A DNA stretch of 64,000 nucleotides from Aquificaceae bacterium (lineage in GTDB: Bacteria > Aquificota > Aquificia > Aquificales > Aquificaceae): contig JAXSMZ010000002.1 in the NCBI GenBank assembly GCA_037924335.1, positions 91,255-155,254 on the forward strand, read 5' to 3'. Position 1 is the first letter of the stretch, and each line of letters starts with the position of its first letter. Shown here in pieces: positions 58,463 to 64,000 of this stretch. The translations under genes were made by a program, and so were the position numbers. Below the pieces are notes generated by a model. The model made no database searches, had not been told where the DNA came from, and saw only the letters and a program-made list of their open reading frames with translations.

Positions 58463-59853
58463 AGTTTGACCTTGTAATAGTTGGAGCTGGTAGTGGTGGA
58501 TACGAAGCCAGCCTTTATGCTCACAGAAGGGGTATGAAGGTGGCTCTGGTAGAGCTCTCTCCAGAGGATGTTGGGGGAAACTGTTTAAACAAAGGCTGCA
58601 TTCCATCCAAGTACATGAGGCATGGAGCTTACATTATAGAGAAGTTTAGCATTATGTCCTCTTACGGCATAATCCCATCTGGTTTTCAGTTGGATATGAA
58701 AAGGTTAAAGCATGGGAGGAATGAGGTTGTAAGAACCATAAGGGAGAATTTTAAAAAGTTTGCTAAGCAACTGGGAATACCCATATTTTACGGCAAGGGG
58801 CTTTTAAAAGATAGGAATACCGTTCATGTTGAGGGACAAGATCTAGACATAAAGGCTAACTTTATACTGCTTGCAACTGGCTCATCTACCGCAAGTCTTG
58901 GAAATCTTTTTCCCGATGGGAAGTACATATACGACACAGACCAAATATGGAATTTGGAAGATTTCCCAAGAAAAGTTCTCATATTAGGAGGTGGGGCTGT
59001 GGGTGTAGAGTTTGCTTATATATTCCGTATGTACGGTGTGGATGTTCTGCTTGTGGAGATAAAGGACAGGATTTTGCCTATCCAAGACATTCCAGAGGAG
59101 TCTTCCAGATACTTGGCAAGAAAACTCAAGAGGTTGGGTGTGGACATAAGGCTCAAAGCCTCTGTGAAAAGCTGGGAAATAGAAGATGGTAAGCTATCTG
59201 TAACATTGAGTGATGGCACTCAGACCCAGGTAGATTTAATACTTTTAGGAGTCGGAAGAAAACCAAATACCATTGGGATAGGTCTTGAAGAGGTTGGCGT
59301 GGAGTTAGACTCAAGGGGTTTTGTTAAAGTGAACTCACACTGTCAGACAACAGTCCCTAACATATACGCCTGTGGGGATATAACTTCTCCGCTTATGCTT
59401 GCCCATAAGGCTATGTACGAAGGTAAGATAGCAGTAAGCCATATGCTTGAAGACTCAAGCTGGATAAGAGAAGAAAGGATAGTTCCAAAGGTAATATACT
59501 CAGCCTATGAGATAGCAAGCGTGGGGTTTACAGAAGACCAAGCGGAGGAAAAGGGTTATGAGGTAAAGATGGGGGTGGTTTCTTTTATATCCAATCCGAA
59601 GGCTATGGATGACAGAGAGAATGAAGGCTTCGTAAGGATAGTAGTAGACCATGAGGGTAATCTTTTGGGTTGCCATATACTTGGTCCTCATGCTGGCGAG
59701 CTATTACACCAATTTTTGCATGTTATGAAGGCTGGTCTTAAGGTAGATTTTCTTTCCAAGTCCATGTACTCCCATCCTTCCCTCTCAGAAGCCATAGGTC
59801 AAGCAAGCATGGAGGTACGTTTTGGTCCTATAACTTGGGCAAAAAGGCATTAG
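58459..59853 (+). CDS. lpdA: Dihydrolipoamide dehydrogenase
   Basis: GAGSGG, GGNCLNKGCIPSK, GGGAVG.E, LAHKA..EG, HPSLSE; AGGAGG RBS. Confidence 0.9.
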   Translation: MKFDLVIVGAGSGGYEASLYAHRRGMKVALVELSPEDVGGNCLNKGCIPSKYMRHGAYIIEKFSIMSSYGIIPSGFQLDMKRLKHGRNEVVRTIRENFKKFAKQLGIPIFYGKGLLKDRNTVHVEGQDLDIKANFILLATGSSTASLGNLFPDGKYIYDTDQIWNLEDFPRKVLILGGGAVGVEFAYIFRMYGVDVLLVEIKDRILPIQDIPEESSRYLARKLKRLGVDIRLKASVKSWEIEDGKLSVTLSDGTQTQVDLILLGVGRKPNTIGIGLEEVGVELDSRGFVKVNSHCQTTVPNIYACGDITSPLMLAHKAMYEGKIAVSHMLEDSSWIREERIVPKVIYSAYEIASVGFTEDQAEEKGYEVKMGVVSFISNPKAMDDRENEGFVRIVVDHEGNLLGCHILGPHAGELLHQFLHVMKAGLKVDFLSKSMYSHPSLSEAIGQASMEVRFGPITWAKRH

Positions 59854-60042
59854 ACTATACAGTTTCTAAAAAGGGTAGAAGGTAGGGAGTTATACGGGTT
59901 TTATCAATGTGTATTTTTTGAAGCCTTGGCACTGCCGGAAGAGTGGCTGAAGGCACTTTGTCTAATATACATGCAGAGAAGCAAGTATTTAAGCTCTTCT
60001 TTAAAATTCTATGATATAAATCATAAAAACCTAAAACATATT

Positions 60043-60570
60043 TTAGATATACGAAAGGCTGTCATCCACTACAACCTTCCCCTCTTCCAGCCTAACCTCT
60101 TTTACCAGAGCCTTCACAAAAGGTATGTAAAACTTTCCCTTGTCTATCTCCAAAAGGTCATAAGGCTTTTGTTCCAAAATGCCGGTTATTTTCCCCAAAA
60201 ACTTTCCACTTTCGCTAAACACCTCAAGCCCTTCAAGTTCAAAGTAATAGTATTCATCCCTTTTCCTTGCTGGAATTTCCTCCTTTGCTAAAAAGACCTT
60301 AGCGCCCCTAAAGCCTTCCACCTGTGGTAGGCTATCATAGCCTTCAAAGTGTAAAATTAATATGTGATTTCCATGTAGCCTTAATGTGGCTATATTAAAG
60401 GGTACATAGCCCTTCTGTTTATGCTTTAAAAAGACCCTTTTTATTCTGTACCAATGCTTTGGGTCAAGGTAGGGTTCCACCTTTAGGTCTCCCCTTAAAC
60501 CATAGGTGTCAAGCACCCTTCCTATTACCACATACTGATTTTCCTCATTGCCTATCCTTTCCCTTTCCAT
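60043..60570 (-). CDS. rimM: Ribosome maturation factor RimM
   Basis: VIGRV...GL.G.LKV, EYY..EL.GL.V, IPFV...V. Confidence 0.9.
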   Translation of the reverse strand: MERERIGNEENQYVVIGRVLDTYGLRGDLKVEPYLDPKHWYRIKRVFLKHKQKGYVPFNIATLRLHGNHILILHFEGYDSLPQVEGFRGAKVFLAKEEIPARKRDEYYYFELEGLEVFSESGKFLGKITGILEQKPYDLLEIDKGKFYIPFVKALVKEVRLEEGKVVVDDSLSYI

Positions 60571-60611
60571 ATTCTAATAGTTTAGTTAAAAACCTTTGAA
60601 GGAGGAGAAAG

Positions 60612-60875
60612 ATGGCTATACCTACTAGAGAAGAAGTAGAAGCTGTTTTGGATGAGATAAGACCAGCACTCAGGTTTGATGGTGGAGATGTGGAGCTTGT
60701 GGATGTACAAGATGATGGAACTATTCTGGTAAGGATGGTGGGAGCCTGTTCTGGTTGTGGTATGTCCGTTTTAACTCTAAAAGCTGGTATAGAAAGAGCT
60801 CTAAAGAGCAAATTCCCAGATATAAAGGAAGTCAAGGATATAAACATGGACATACCCATGACTTTTGGCTTCTAA
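60612..60875 (+). CDS. NifU C-terminal (Nfu) Fe-S carrier
   Basis: IRPAL..DGGDVELV, GACSGC, TLK.GIE. Confidence 0.9.
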   Translation: MAIPTREEVEAVLDEIRPALRFDGGDVELVDVQDDGTILVRMVGACSGCGMSVLTLKAGIERALKSKFPDIKEVKDINMDIPMTFGF

Positions 60876-60888
60876 AGCGTTACCATAC

Positions 60889-61063
60889 TTGACAAAAAGT
60901 TACTTAGGATTAAATTAAATAATTAGAAGGAGGGGTAAAAGGATCCCTTGTGCAAACCCTTGACAAAGAGAAAAAAGGAAGTATAATAGTAAACTCTGTA
61001 AATGAGGGATTTAAAGATCCCTTGCTCAAAAGACTTGACAGATAGGATTCCTTGGTTTATAAT
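60889..61063 (+). promoter_or_regulatory. Three tandem rRNA operon promoters
   Basis: TTGACA-N16-TAAATT (60889), TTGACA-N16-TATAAT (60960), TTGACA-N17-TATAAT (61035). Confidence 0.8.
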
Positions 61064-61151
61064 TAAAATTCTGCTTTGATATGAGGGGTTGAAAGGACCC
61101 CTTGCCTTGCTGGCAATTGAATAAGGAGGAAGGACCCAAAAAGTTGGAATT

Positions 61152-62703
<1,552 letters not shown>

Positions 62704-62760
62704 AAAAGGATCAATTCTTCTAAAGTAAAGGGTCCTTCCTCCTTATTGAGTTGCTCCCCT

Positions 62761-62834
62761 GGGCCTCTAGCTCAGTCGGTTAGAGCGTGCCCCTGATAAG
62801 GGCAAGGTCGGTGGTTCAAGTCCACCGAGGCCCA
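62761..62834 (+). tRNA. tRNA-Ile(GAT), CCA not encoded
   Basis: Cloverleaf with anticodon loop CT-GAT-AA and GGTTCAAGTCC T-arm. Confidence 0.96.
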
Positions 62835-62850
62835 TTATCTGGGGCAGACA

Positions 62851-62922
62851 GGGGATGTAGCTCAGTGGGAGAGCGCCTGCTTTGCAAGCAGGAGGGCGTG
62901 GGTTCAAGTCCCACCATCTCCA
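62851..62922 (+). tRNA. tRNA-Ala(TGC), CCA not encoded
   Basis: Cloverleaf with anticodon loop TT-TGC-AA and a G3:U70 acceptor pair. Confidence 0.96.
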
Positions 62923-62963
62923 TGACATCTTGGCAACTGAATAGGTTTTCCTTCCTTTTGGGT

Positions 62964-64000
62964 GTGCAAGTTAGTAAGGGTCCGAAGTGGATGCCTTGGC
63001 TGCTCGAGGGGATGAAGGGCGTGTTAAGCTGCGATAAGCCGGGTGGAGGCGCAAAAAGCCTTTGAGGCCCGGATGCCCGAATGGGGAAACCCGGCAGGGT
63101 GTTGAGCCCTGTCATCCGCGCAAGCGGAGCCTAACGGGACGAAGTAAAACCTTCTAGTAGTCCCAGGAAAGGAAATCAAACGAGACTCCCCAAGTAGCGG
63201 CGAGCGAAAGGGGACCAGCCCAAACCGTGTGGGTGCCATGGTGGCAGCCTTAGCTCACACGGGGTAGCGGGACACACGCAGAGGGGTCTGCCAGCCTCTC
63301 AGGGAGTTACAAAATTCCTGCTTAGCTGAAGTGAGCTGGAACGCTCCGCCACAGAGGGTGAAAGCCCCGTAGGTTAAAGGCATGGAATCTCCTGGGTGTG
63401 TGTTCCCAAGTACCACGGCCCCCGTGGAAGGTCGTGGGAATCTGGGGGGACCTCCCTCTAAGGCTAAGTACTACGGGCAGACCGATAGCGTATAGTACCG
63501 CGAGGTAAAGGTGAAAAGAACCCCGGAAGGGGAGTGAAATAGAACCTGAAACTTCGGATCCACAATCCAGTGGAAGGGTGTAAAAGCCCGACTGCGTGCC
63601 TTTTGCAGAATGAGCCAGGGAGTTGTCCTCAGTGGCGAGGTTAAGCCGTAAGGCGAAGCCGTAGCGAAAGCGAGTCCGAAAAGGGCGTTCAGTCACTGGG
63701 GGCAGACGCGAAGCGGAACGATCTACCCATGCCCAGGGTGAAGGGTGGGTAACACCATCTGGAGGCCCGAACGGGTCGGTGCTGCAAAACCGTCCGATGA
63801 GGTGTGGGTAGCGGTGAAAAGCCAATCGCGTTCCGTGATAGCTCGTTCTCTCCGAAATAGGTCGACGCCTAGCGTCATCTGTTCCTTCTTGGAGGTAGAG
63901 CCACTGGTTGGGCTAGGGCCTCGAAAGGGGTACCGAACCCTGCCAAACTCCGAATGCCAAGAAAGGTAAGATGGCAGTCAGTCCCCGGGGGATAAGCTCC
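62964..64000 (+). rRNA. rrl: 23S ribosomal RNA, 5' part (runs off the window)
   Basis: GTGGATGCCTTGGC, CCGAATGGGGAAACC, AGTAGCGGCGAGCGAA, GACCGATAGCG..AGTACCG. Confidence 0.97.

Noticed and set aside
59926..59975. GAGTGGCTGAAGGCA resembling a tRNA-Ser/Leu D-arm, and the ORF 59926-60291
   Set aside because: No acceptor stem, anticodon arm or T-arm can be formed. The ORF is largely antisense to rimM and has no recognisable motif.

Overview
Chromosomal window from a thermophilic Aquificota bacterium (Hydrogenobacter-like, judged from the 16S rRNA and gene content). It is densely packed with housekeeping genes (rpsP-khpA, uvrC, gcvPA/gcvH, ino1, recR, hisC, grpE, panE, rfaD, dapF, ilvBN, pepA, miaB, fabG, folK, iscS, mrp, trpC, pdxJ, tatBC, pyrD, accC, hisF, mutL, lpdA, rimM), an ars mini-cluster, a glycosyltransferase cluster with an IS982-like element, and the start of an rRNA operon (16S, tRNA-Ile, tRNA-Ala, partial 23S). 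The main unannotated signal is three ~220-bp protein-free IS200/IS605-type mini-elements (22357-22585, 38658-38875, 38941-39155). Each keeps the transposon end motifs and a TnpB omegaRNA/reRNA-like scaffold, and two carry a near-consensus sigma70 promoter. For two of them, in-silico excision restores a plausible host reading frame (the mscS C-terminus and a decayed K+ channel gene). The guide and target tetranucleotides co-vary (AAGT/TTAA, AAGG/TTAC, GAAG/TCAC). They look like mobile, stand-alone guide-RNA cassettes that would need TnpA and TnpB in trans. All calls come from reading the sequence; no database searches were run.
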